From Anaerolineae bacterium (GTDB lineage: Bacteria > Chloroflexota > Anaerolineae > S140-20), in the NCBI GenBank assembly GCA_027021705.1, contig JALUTT010000014.1, positions 1-18,015 of the forward strand: a DNA stretch of 18,015 nt, in the 5' to 3' direction. The translations under genes and the position numbers were made by a program. This document shows, in pieces, positions 1-9,100 of the stretch (the stretch's first letter is position 1; each line of letters begins with the position of its first letter). The notes under the pieces were generated by a model. That model saw only the letters and a list, made by a program, of their open reading frames with translations. It was not told the origin of the DNA and made no database searches.

Positions 1-1
1 C

Positions 2-514
2 TATGGTGCGGACTACGCCGAGACCCATCCGGAGGCCGAGGCCCTGAAGGGGAAGATCTACCACATCTTCGAGGCCAAGACCAAACGCACGGCGCAGAAG
101 CGGTACGAAGCGGTGATGGCCTTGCGGAAGCGCTATGTGAAAGAGAGGCCTGGGGCTGTGGTCATCTTTGAGTTTCTAGAGCGGCATTGGCCTACCCTGG
201 TCAATGGCATCGAGAGCCGGGTGATTCCCAAGACCAACAATGCGGTGGAATTGGTCATCAGGCGGTTTGACCGGCACTACCAGAACTTCTGTGGCTTTGA
301 CTCCCTCGAGAGTGCGCAGCGCTTCCTGGGGGTCTTTGAGAAGATCTATCGCTTCACCCCCTTCTCGCAGGATGCTCAGCCCAGGATTCGGGGCAAGTGC
401 CCGCTGGAGTTGGCCGGCTACGACATCAGCCAGGTGCCGATGGCTTCCCTTTGCGCCGGCCTGAGCGTCGTCTGGCCTTTGGAGGTCACTCAGAATGAGG
501 TCCCAAACTCGTGA
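2..514 (+). mobile_element. 3' part of a DDE-type IS transposase gene (truncated by the window start; family uncertain, IS6/ISH6/IS256-like)
   Basis: The reading frame of ORF 113..514 is open back to base 2 (YGADYAETHPEAEALKGKIYHIF...). It carries TNNAVELVIRRFDRHYQNFCGFDSLESAQRFL, resembling the 'T/N-N-x-x-E...GF-x-S-x-x-x-A' helix that holds the last catalytic Glu of DDE transposases. Confidence 0.7.
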
Positions 515-531
515 CGGTCGCCCCAGCCCAG

Positions 532-560
532 TTGTAGGGGACGGATGATTGTGCTATAAT
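532..560 (+). promoter_or_regulatory. sigma70-type promoter for the XRE regulator
   Basis: TTGTAG (532-537), 17 bp spacer, TATAAT (555-560) preceded by an extended -10 TG (TGCTATAAT). Confidence 0.7.
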
Positions 561-638
561 GGCAGGCGTGTGACGCTGAGTTGCCGGGAAGGGAGGAACA
601 GGCTCTGGCGCGTACTCTCAACGAGACGAGGAGGTGCT

Positions 639-1319
639 ATGATCAACGAAGAGACCCGGGCGATCCGGCGCAAGATCATGGGTGTGCTGCTCCGCCAGGC
701 CCGACTGGAGGCGGGCAAGTCGCTGAAGGAGTGCGCGGCCTTCCTGGGCATCTCCTCCAGCACCCTCTCCGCCTACGAGCACGGTCGGCGGGAGATCTCC
801 CTGCCGGAACTGGAGCTGCTCGCCTACTTGCTGAAAGTGCCCCTGGAGCATTTTCTGGACGTCGAGCCGGAGAACCCGGACCGTCCGTCGGAAACAATCT
901 CCTCCGGCGCCGATCTCCTCCTGGTGCGCCAGCGGATCGTGGGAGCGCTGCTGCGGCAGGCCCGTCAGGATGCCGGCATCAGCCAGAAGGAGCTGGCCCA
1001 AATCATCGGCTGCTCCCCCGGACGCATCGCCCAGTACGAATACGGCCAGCGCCCTATCCCCATCCTGGAACTGGAGGCCATCGCCAACTACCTGGGCCTC
1101 TCCCTCTCCTACTTCCAGGACGAGGAGACCGGTCCCGTCGCCGAGCAACTCCGGCTCTACCGAGAATGGCGTCAGTTCCAGCAACTTCCCCCTGAGGTCC
1201 GGGCCTTTGTCCTGGACCCACTGAACCGGCACTACATCGAGGTGGCCCGTCAGTTGTCGGAGATGCCGGCCGGCGCTCTCCGGGACCTGGCCGCCGGGCT
1301 CCTGGAGATCACCCTTTAG
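639..1319 (+). CDS. XRE-family transcriptional regulator with two tandem HTH domains (226 aa)
   Basis: RBS GAGGAGG precedes ATG 639. Two Cro/C1 HTH repeats: GVLLRQARLEAGKSLKECAAFLGISSSTLSAYEHG and GALLRQARQDAGISQKELAQIIGCSPGRIAQYEYG. Confidence 0.9.
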   Translation: MINEETRAIRRKIMGVLLRQARLEAGKSLKECAAFLGISSSTLSAYEHGRREISLPELELLAYLLKVPLEHFLDVEPENPDRPSETISSGADLLLVRQRIVGALLRQARQDAGISQKELAQIIGCSPGRIAQYEYGQRPIPILELEAIANYLGLSLSYFQDEETGPVAEQLRLYREWRQFQQLPPEVRAFVLDPLNRHYIEVARQLSEMPAGALRDLAAGLLEITL

Positions 1320-2038
1320 CCCTCCTCCCCCCTGTTCCCCTCCCGCCGCTCCATCCAGCCGACCAGCCGATCCTGGTAGCGGGTGGCCAGGAGGGCACCG
1401 GCGACGACCAGGAGCACCAGGCTGACCAGCCAGGGCCAGCTCAGGTGGCCGGCCTGGGCCCCCAGCCAACTGCTGAACACCAACCCCGGCAGCCGCCCCA
1501 GCGTCGCCAGCAGCAGCAGGTAGGGGATGGGCAGGGGGCTGAGGCCGATGACGAAGCAGGTGATGTCGTCGGGGAGCAGAGGAAGCAGGAAGACGAGGAA
1601 GAAGAAGAGCAGGCTCCCCCGGCGGCTCAGCAGCCGGTCCCACCGCTCCAACTGGTCCGGCGGGACGAGGCGGACGACGACCCGACGGCCCAGCCAGCGC
1701 CCGATCCCCATCGCCGCCAGGGAGCCCAGCGTCAGGCCGACGAGGCTGTAGAGGGTTCCCCAGAAGACCCCGAAGAGGTAGCCGTTGGCGAGGCCCAGGA
1801 ACTGGCCCGGGATGGGGGCCAGGACGACCTGAAGGACGTTGAGGCCGATGCTGACCAGCGGGGCCAGGGGGCCGAAGCCGGCCAGCCACCGGCGCACCCC
1901 TTCTTGATCCCCCAGCAGTGCTACCCACCGGGCCAGGGGCAGGTCTCCCCCGGCCAGCCCCGGCCCCAGGTAGAGCAGCCCTCCCAGGAAGAGCCCCAGT
2001 CCACCGGCGAGGACGTGACCGAAGCGGTTGCGTTTCAT
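1316..2038 (-). CDS. TVP38/TMEM64 (DedA superfamily, VTT domain) membrane protein
   Basis: Hydrophobic 240 aa ORF with LQVVLAPIPGQ...GYLFGVFWG...G..LG and LLPLLPDDITCFVIGLS...LGRLPG motifs typical of the family. Its 3' end overlaps the XRE stop codon. Confidence 0.88.
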   Translation of the reverse strand: MKRNRFGHVLAGGLGLFLGGLLYLGPGLAGGDLPLARWVALLGDQEGVRRWLAGFGPLAPLVSIGLNVLQVVLAPIPGQFLGLANGYLFGVFWGTLYSLVGLTLGSLAAMGIGRWLGRRVVVRLVPPDQLERWDRLLSRRGSLLFFFLVFLLPLLPDDITCFVIGLSPLPIPYLLLLATLGRLPGLVFSSWLGAQAGHLSWPWLVSLVLLVVAGALLATRYQDRLVGWMERREGNRGEEG

Positions 2039-2245
2039 TTCGTGACCAACGACCGACGGTTGAGTCGGTTATCGCCAATCATAGAGGTCATCATTCTGGA
2101 TGACTTCGCCCCGTCTGCTGCCTCCTTGGGAAGTCCTCAATAGTCTACGCTCCACCTCCGGGCTGGGCGAGCGAAGCCCCTCGGACCGCCCTTTGGCCCC
2201 TGAAGAGAGCCCTCCCCGCTCAGCCGGACGCTATACTTCTGGCTT

Positions 2246-3343
2246 CTAAGCCTGGACTGCGGACCCGCCGGGAGCCCTATCGAGGCCTCCCATTTGCCGG
2301 GCCACGGCGAAGGGATCGCTGGCGATGACGCTCTGGGCGTAGAGCTCCATCGCCCCGAAATCGGTCGTCGGCGAGGCCGGATCCCCCCGGTCCACCAGCC
2401 GGAAGAGGGTGGGGAACCCCGACCAGTCCTCCGGCGCGCCGGGGAAGAGGGGAGGTCCGATGAGGGCCACGTTGAAGGCCCGCACCCCCAGCCGGTCCAC
2501 GAAGCGACGCAGCACCTCGTAGAGGGCGTCCACCAGCGCCTCGGTGAGGGCGGGGGCCAGCAACAGCACCTCCTTTTCCTTGATCGGGGTGAGGTAGGCC
2601 AGCCCCTGGACCTCCCCTTCTCGAAAGCGGAGCCCCAGATCGGCGTGGGCGGCTACCAGGTCGTCGAAGTAGCTGCACCCGTGGGTCTGCCGATAGGCGA
2701 GGGCCGCCCGGCGCAGCCCTTCGATGCGGGCGTAGTGGGCCCCCCGGCCCAGCAGCATCTGGGCGTGGCCGTGGGCGACCGAGGCCCCCGCCTTCCAGTG
2801 GCTGTTCCAAAGGAAGAAGAAGTAGCGGGCCTGGGGGTCGGTGGCGTTGGCCTGGCGGGCCCAGGCCAACGCCGTCGCCACGTAGTCGTGGACCGCCTCC
2901 CGGCTGAAGCGGAGAGGGTCGGGCTCGTCGAAGATGAGGACGCCGTGGAACCCGTCGGCCTTGGCCACGTTGCTGGCCGTCAGGCAGTGGCGACCGTGCA
3001 CCCGTCCGAAGGGGTCGGCCGGCGTCAGGCGCAGGGGCTGCCGGAAGGGGGGGTAGGTGGCAGCCGGCGCCCCCGCCCCTTCCCGGCGGGAGGGGGTGGG
3101 CCGCCGGCCCCGCAGCGGGTTGAAGAGCGCCCCTTCGCCGGTGACCCGGTTGGTCACCTTGACGATGGTCTGGGAGCGCACCGCCTGGACGGACCCGAAG
3201 TGGCGCTCGATCCAGCCCTCCATCTCCGGCGGAGGGCTGAGCTCCCCCTGACTCCGGTGCACCTGGAAGAGGCGCTCGAACCGGTGTCGGCGGTCGGCCG
3301 GCAGCGCGGCCACCCGTTCTGGCAGGTCGAGGATCGTCGCCAC
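2246..3343 (-). CDS. GalT-like / HIT-superfamily nucleotidyltransferase (365 aa)
   Basis: FFFLWNSHWKAGASVAHGHAQ matches the GalT-type N-x-x-x-x-A-G-A-S-x-x-H-x-H-x-Q catalytic motif. GTG start follows GGAG; substrate unknown. Confidence 0.7.
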   Translation of the reverse strand: MATILDLPERVAALPADRRHRFERLFQVHRSQGELSPPPEMEGWIERHFGSVQAVRSQTIVKVTNRVTGEGALFNPLRGRRPTPSRREGAGAPAATYPPFRQPLRLTPADPFGRVHGRHCLTASNVAKADGFHGVLIFDEPDPLRFSREAVHDYVATALAWARQANATDPQARYFFFLWNSHWKAGASVAHGHAQMLLGRGAHYARIEGLRRAALAYRQTHGCSYFDDLVAAHADLGLRFREGEVQGLAYLTPIKEKEVLLLAPALTEALVDALYEVLRRFVDRLGVRAFNVALIGPPLFPGAPEDWSGFPTLFRLVDRGDPASPTTDFGAMELYAQSVIASDPFAVARQMGGLDRAPGGSAVQA

Positions 3344-3347
3344 CGCC

Positions 3348-3404
3348 CTACTCCGCCTCGAACCACCGACGGCCTATGCGCCGGACCTCCTTCGTGAACT
3401 CCAT
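3348..3404 (-). CDS. putative 18-aa small ORF (MEFTKEVRRIGRRWFEAE), leader peptide or gene remnant
   Basis: Strong RBS GGAGGG (3411-3416, minus strand) 6 nt before ATG 3404. It stops 4 nt before the GalT-like start and lies just downstream of the leftward promoter. Confidence 0.4.
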   Translation of the reverse strand: MEFTKEVRRIGRRWFEAE

Positions 3405-3425
3405 CGCTATCCCTCCGAGGCAGCA

Positions 3426-3604
3426 TCCTCCCGCAGGTTGTGCGGTGGGGGGAGCCTGCGGGAGGAGCCCACGGGGATTATAGCATCTCGACGGGAGAGG
3501 ACAAGCGTTACCCTCCCGCAGGCCACGCGGTGCCCGGCGACAGCGATGGTGTATCGCAGGCCGCCTGGGACGCGATTCAGGCCGTGGGGAGCCTGCGGGA
3601 GGGT
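3426..3604. repeat. two related inverted-repeat pairs (core CCTCCCGCAGG / CCTGCGGGAGG)
   Basis: TCCTCCCGCAGG 3426-3437 pairs with CCTGCGGGAGGA 3455-3466. ACCCTCCCGCAGGC 3510-3523 pairs with GCCTGCGGGAGGGT 3591-3604. Confidence 0.8.
3477..3504 (-). promoter_or_regulatory. leftward sigma70-type promoter (small ORF / galT-like gene)
   Basis: Minus strand TTGTCC (3504-3499), 16 bp spacer, TATAAT (3482-3477) with extended -10 TG. Confidence 0.65.
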
Positions 3605-3614
3605 CCTCATTTCC

Positions 3615-3643
3615 TTGACAGCGGTCCAAAACCGGGCTATACT
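3615..3643 (+). promoter_or_regulatory. rightward sigma70-type promoter for the acylase-GH13 genes
   Basis: TTGACA (3615-3620), 17 bp spacer, TATACT (3638-3643): near consensus. Confidence 0.8.
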
Positions 3644-3725
3644 GAGGCCGCTTCCCGGCCATCGCCGCCCGGCCACCCCGCCGACATCTCCCCCGATGCC
3701 GGGCCACCGCCAAGGAGGGAGTCCG

Positions 3726-6059
3726 ATGAACCTCTCCCGCTTTCTCTTCCGTCTGCTGATGGGGCGCTGCCTCCCCATTACCTCGGGGGCGCTGGAGGTC
3801 CCCGGCGTCACCGAGCGGGTGGTGATCCGACGGGACCGCTACGGCATCCCCCACATCGAGGCCACCAACGAGGCCGATGCCTGGTACGCCCTGGGGTTCT
3901 GCCAAGGGCAGGACCGTACCTTTCAACTCGAAGGGCTGCTCCGGGTCGTGCGCGGCACGCTCTCCGAGCTGGTCGGGCCCGCCGGATTGCCCGTGGACCG
4001 CCTCTCCCGGCGCATCGGCTTCTACCGCACCGCCCAAGAGCAACTGGACCACCTGGACGACGAGGTCCGCACGATGCTGGAGGCTTACGCCCAGGGCGTC
4101 TCCGACGGGGCGCGGTTGGGATGCCCTAAGCCGCCCCACGAGTTCGCCTTCCTGCAGACCCGGCCCACCCCCTACAGCGCTGCCGACGCCCTGGCCGTCC
4201 TCAAGCTGATGGCCTTCTCCCTGTCCTCCAACTGGGACTCGGAGCTGGTCCGCCTCAAGATCCTCACCGAGGATGGGCCGGAAGCGCTGACCGCCCTGGA
4301 CCCCCTCTACCCCGACTGGCTCCCGGTCACCGAGCCGCCCACCGCCCAGGCCGGCCCGGCCCTGGACCGGCTGGCCGAGGACCTGACCATCTTCACGGCC
4401 ACCGTCGGCCAGGGGGGCGGCTCCAACAACTGGGCCCTGGCCGCCTCCCGCACGGCCACCGGACGGCCCATCTTGGCCAACGATCCACACCTGGCCCCGA
4501 CCCTGCCGCCCCACTGGTACCTGGCCCACATCCGCACGCCCGACTGGGCCGTCGCCGGCGCCTCCTTCGTCGGTGCCCCCGGCTTCCCCGTGGGCCACAA
4601 CGGCACCGCCGCTTGGGGCGTGACGGCCGGTCTGGTGGATAACACCGACCTCTTCATCGAGGAGGTCGGCCCCGATGGGGAGAGCGTCCGCCAGGGAGAC
4701 CGGTTCATCCCCTGCACGGTCCTAGAGGAGACGATCCCGGTGAAAGGGGGCGAGCCGGTCAAGGAGCGGGTGCTGATCACCCCTCGCGGCCCCATCGTCG
4801 GGCCGGCGCTGGTAGGGGAGGTGGGGGCCATCTCGATGCAGGCCACCTGGCTGGCCCCCCGGCCCCTGCGTGGGCTCTTCGTCCTCCACAAGGTCCGCTC
4901 CTTCGAGGAGTTCCGCCGCGCCTTCGAGCAGTGGCCCGCCCTCTCCCTCAACATGGTCTACGCCGACACCGCCGGCACCATCGGCTGGCAACTGATCGGT
5001 GAGGTTCCCCGCCGGCGCAAGGGGTGGGGGCTCCTTCCGCTCCCCGGCTGGGACCCGGAGGTGGGGTGGGAAGCGGACCCGCTCCCCTTCGAGGAGGTGC
5101 CCCACCTGGCCAACCCGGAGACGGGCTTCGTCGCCACGGCCAACAACAAGCCGATCCAGGACGGGGAGGGCCCCTGGCTGGGGGCGGATTGGATAGACGG
5201 CTACCGCCTGACCCGCATCGTGGAGGCCCTCCAGGAGCGGAACGACTGGGACCTGGCCGACACGATGGCCCTCCAGATGGACCAGCAATCCCTCCCCTGG
5301 CGGGAGATGCGCGACCTGGTCCTGGGCGTGCCGGCCGAGACGGAAGAGGCCCGCCAGGCGCTGGAGCTGCTGCGGGCGTGGGACGGGGTGGTGGCCGCCG
5401 ATTCGCCGGCCGCTGCGGTCTACGAGAGCTTCGTGGCCGAGATGGCCCGGCGGATCGTGGAGGCCAAGGCCCCCCGGGCCGCCCGATGGGCGCTGGGCCA
5501 CGGCTTCACCCCCATCGCCCCCCACGCCCTCTTCGGCGTGCGTCGCGTCGGTCACCTGGTCCGCCTCCTGCGGGAGCAGCCCGAGGGCTGGTTCGAGCGG
5601 CCCTGGCCCCAGGAGGTGGCCGACGCCCTGACCGTTGCGGTCCGTCGGCTGCGGGAGCAGGGAGGGGCGGACCCGGAGCAGTGGGCCTGGGGCCGCCTGC
5701 GCCCCCTCATCCTGCACCACGCCGTGGGCGAGCAGGCTCCCCTCGACCGCATCTTCAACCTAGGCCCCTTCCCCTGGGGTGGGGATGCCAACACGGTGGC
5801 CCAGGCGGCCTCCCTGCCGACGGACCCGATGGGCAACCCGCCCTTCATCGCCTCCCTGCGGATGGTGGTGGACGTGGGGAACTGGGAGGCGAGCCGCTTC
5901 GTCCTGCCCGGCGGACAGTCGGGCAACCCCCTCTCGCCTCACTACGACGACCAACTCCCCCTGTGGCGGCGGGGCGAAGGGGTGCCTATCGCCTGGTCGC
6001 CGGAGGCGGTGGAGCGGGCGACCCGTCAGGTCTTGGAACTGCGCCCATCTCACGGCTGA
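3726..6059 (+). CDS. penicillin acylase / AHL-acylase family Ntn-hydrolase (peptidase S45), 777 aa
   Basis: RBS AAGGAGG before ATG 3726. Motifs RDRYGIPHI, QDRTFQLE, GSNNW (catalytic Ser codon 4422), ILANDPHL, ATANNK and PGGQSGNPLSPHYDDQ. Confidence 0.95.
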   Translation: MNLSRFLFRLLMGRCLPITSGALEVPGVTERVVIRRDRYGIPHIEATNEADAWYALGFCQGQDRTFQLEGLLRVVRGTLSELVGPAGLPVDRLSRRIGFYRTAQEQLDHLDDEVRTMLEAYAQGVSDGARLGCPKPPHEFAFLQTRPTPYSAADALAVLKLMAFSLSSNWDSELVRLKILTEDGPEALTALDPLYPDWLPVTEPPTAQAGPALDRLAEDLTIFTATVGQGGGSNNWALAASRTATGRPILANDPHLAPTLPPHWYLAHIRTPDWAVAGASFVGAPGFPVGHNGTAAWGVTAGLVDNTDLFIEEVGPDGESVRQGDRFIPCTVLEETIPVKGGEPVKERVLITPRGPIVGPALVGEVGAISMQATWLAPRPLRGLFVLHKVRSFEEFRRAFEQWPALSLNMVYADTAGTIGWQLIGEVPRRRKGWGLLPLPGWDPEVGWEADPLPFEEVPHLANPETGFVATANNKPIQDGEGPWLGADWIDGYRLTRIVEALQERNDWDLADTMALQMDQQSLPWREMRDLVLGVPAETEEARQALELLRAWDGVVAADSPAAAVYESFVAEMARRIVEAKAPRAARWALGHGFTPIAPHALFGVRRVGHLVRLLREQPEGWFERPWPQEVADALTVAVRRLREQGGADPEQWAWGRLRPLILHHAVGEQAPLDRIFNLGPFPWGGDANTVAQAASLPTDPMGNPPFIASLRMVVDVGNWEASRFVLPGGQSGNPLSPHYDDQLPLWRRGEGVPIAWSPEAVERATRQVLELRPSHG

Positions 6060-6165
6060 GGGCCGATTGGTCCTGCCGGAGGTCCTGGACGCCGGCCGTT
6101 TCCCGGCTTCGCTGCTTCAAGGGGCTCTGCGCGGAGAAGAAGAGATCGCCGTGGGAAGGTGAGGT

Positions 6166-9100
6166 ATGGAATTTCACATCTCCCGTGAAGCGAGGGATCG
6201 CTACCGGTTCGACGAAAGGCTTTTCTCCCTGCGCGGCAACGTCATCTTCCCCAACTTCCACGCCGCCCGCCTCTTCGCGCAGCGGATGAACGAGAAGCGG
6301 GACCTGGCCCGCTTCCCCGAACGGGCGGTGCAGGCGGGGCAGATCAACGCGCTGGGGCTCATAGACGAACTCCTCCACTACGTCGCCGCCCTCTACCGGC
6401 AGCAGCGGAACCCCCAGGCCCTGGCCCGCGCCCTGGACTACCTGGACGCGGCGCTGGGCCGGGAGGCGGTGGACGAAACGCTGCGCCGCTTCGTGGAGGC
6501 GTTCCCCCCCGTGGCCGTCTACCGGGGGGAACTCAGCCCTGAAGCCTACCTGGAGGGCGAGACGGAGGGGATGCCCAACCGCCAGGCCACCCTGGAAGAG
6601 CTGATGATGCTCTGGCTGGCCAACGCCAACCCGGCCTGCACCCCCTTCCAGGAGCTCTTCGACGACGCCCCACTGGAGGAGGAGACCGCCTACCGCCAGA
6701 TCATCGCCCACCTGCACGACTTCTTCGACACCCAGCCCCCCTTCGGCCCCGACGAGCAGAACCTGCTCGACATGCTCCAGAGCCCCGCCCGCGCCGTGCC
6801 CGATTCCCTCTTCGGCCAACTGGAGTACATCCGGGAGCGGTGGGGCTACCTCCTGGGCCGCTACATCCACCGCCTGCTCAGAAGCCTCGACCTGCTCCGG
6901 GAGGAGGCGAAAGGCGCGCCCCCCGGCCCCGGCCCGGCCCGCGTCTACGACTTCGCCGGCCTGGAACTGGAGCCGGAGCGCTTCAGCCCCGATCTGGACT
7001 GGATGCCCCAGTTGGTGCTCCTGGCCAAGCACACCTACGTCTGGCTGGACCAGCTCTCCCGAACCTACCAGCGCCCCATCCAGCGCCTGGACCAGATTCC
7101 CGACGAGGAGCTGGACCGGTTGGCCCGCTGGGGCTTCACCGGCCTCTGGCTGATCGGCCTTTGGGAGCGCAGCCCCGCCTCCCGGCGGATCAAGCACCTC
7201 TGCGGCAACCCCAAGGCGGCGGCCTCGGCCTACGCCATCTTCGACTACCAGATCGCCGCCGAGCTGGGGGGCGAAGCGGCCCTCCAGAACCTGAAGGCCC
7301 GCGCCCAACGGCGGGGCATCCGCCTGGCCAGCGATATGGTGCCCAACCATATGGGCATTGACTCCCGCTGGGTGATCGAGCATCCCGAACGCTTCCTCTC
7401 GGTGGATACCTGCCCCTTCCCCTCCTACACCTTCACCGGCCCCGACCTCTCCTGGCACCCCGAGGTGGGCATCTACCTGGAGGACCACTACTACGACCGG
7501 ACCGACGCTGCTGTCGTCTTCAAGCGGGTGGACCGCCGGACCGGCCGGGCGCTCTACATCTACCACGGCAACGACGGCACCAGCACGCCCTGGAACGACA
7601 CGGCCCAACTGGACTACCTCAACCCGGAGACCCGCGAGGCGGTCATCCAGACCATCCTCCGGGTCGCCCGCCAGTTCCCCATCATCCGCTTCGACGCGGC
7701 GATGACCTTGACCAAGCGCCACTACCAACGGCTCTGGTTCCCCGAGCCGGGGACGGGCGGGGCCATCCCCTCGCGGGCCGAGCACGGGATGACCCGGGCC
7801 GAGTTCGACGCGCGGATGCCCCAGGAGTTCTGGCGGGAGGTGGTGGACCGGGTGGCGGCGGAAGCGCCCGACACCCTGCTCCTGGCCGAGGCCTTCTGGC
7901 TGATGGAGGGCTACTTCGTCCGCACCCTGGGGATGCACCGGGTCTACAACAGCGCCTTTATGAACATGCTCCGGGACGAGGAGAACGCCAACTACCGCAC
8001 GGTGATGAAGAACACGCTGGCCTTCGACCCGGAGGTGCTGAAGCGGTTCGTCAACTTTATGAACAACCCGGATGAGGAGACGGCCGTCGTCCAGTTCGGC
8101 AAGGAGGACAAGTACTTCGGCGTCTGCACGATGATGGTGACGATGCCCGGCCTGCCTATGTTCGGCCACGGGCAGGTCGAAGGCTTCGCCGAGAAGTACG
8201 GGATGGAGTACCGCCACGCCGAGTGGGACGAGCAGCCCGACCCCTACCTGATCGCCCGGCACGAGCGGGAGATCTTCCCCCTGCTGCGCCGGCGGCACCT
8301 CTTCGCCGAGGTGGAGCACTTCCTGCTCTACGACTGCGAGACGCCGGAGGGCCACGTCAACGAGGATGTCTTCGCCTACTCCAACCGCGCCGGCGACGAG
8401 CGGAGCCTGGTGATCTACCACAACCGCTACGCCACGGCCCGGGGGTGGATCCGCACCTCCGTCGCCTACCGGGACAAACGGACCGACCGGCTGGTGCGCA
8501 AGAGCCTGGGGGAGGGGCTGGGGCTGCGGAAGGACGAGCGCTACTTCTGCATCTTCCGAGACCACGTGACCGGCCTGGAGTACATCCGCAACAACCGGGA
8601 GTTGCACGAGAAGGGGCTCTACGTCGAGCTGGGGGCCTACAAGTACCACGTCTTCCTGGACTTCCGCGAGGTGGAGGACAATCAATGGCACCAGTACGCT
8701 CGCCTGGCCGCCCACCTGAACGGGCGCGGGGTGCCCAGCATCGAAGAGGCCCTGCACGAACTCCTCCTCCAGCCCATCCACACCCCCTTCCGGGAGCTGG
8801 TCAGCGCCGACGCCTTCCGCTGGCTGATGGCGGCCCGCGTCGTCGAGCCGGAGGCCCTGGAGGAGATCACCCCCCTGCTGGAGGAGGTCGAGGGGAAGCT
8901 GGTCCGCCTCTTCCGGGCGGTTCGGGAGCACGCCGGCGGTGAAGGGGATGAGGCTGCGCTGGCCCGGGCGGTCCGGCGCAAGCTGGCCGCCCTCCTGCAC
9001 CTGCCCATCCTGGGGCGCGAGGGTGACCCCCTCACCGAGGCGGTTCCGCCGGCCCAACGGGAGCGCTGGCAGGCCCTGACCCGCTACCTGGTCACCCCGC

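Noticed and set aside
549..638. Longer start for the XRE regulator at 549 (likewise 3438 for acylase 1, 12480 for darTG, 16013 for tnpA, 17472 for the antitoxin)
   Set aside because: The upstream starts overlap promoters or repeats or lack an RBS. The downstream ATGs have Shine-Dalgarno-like sequences and begin at the domain boundary.
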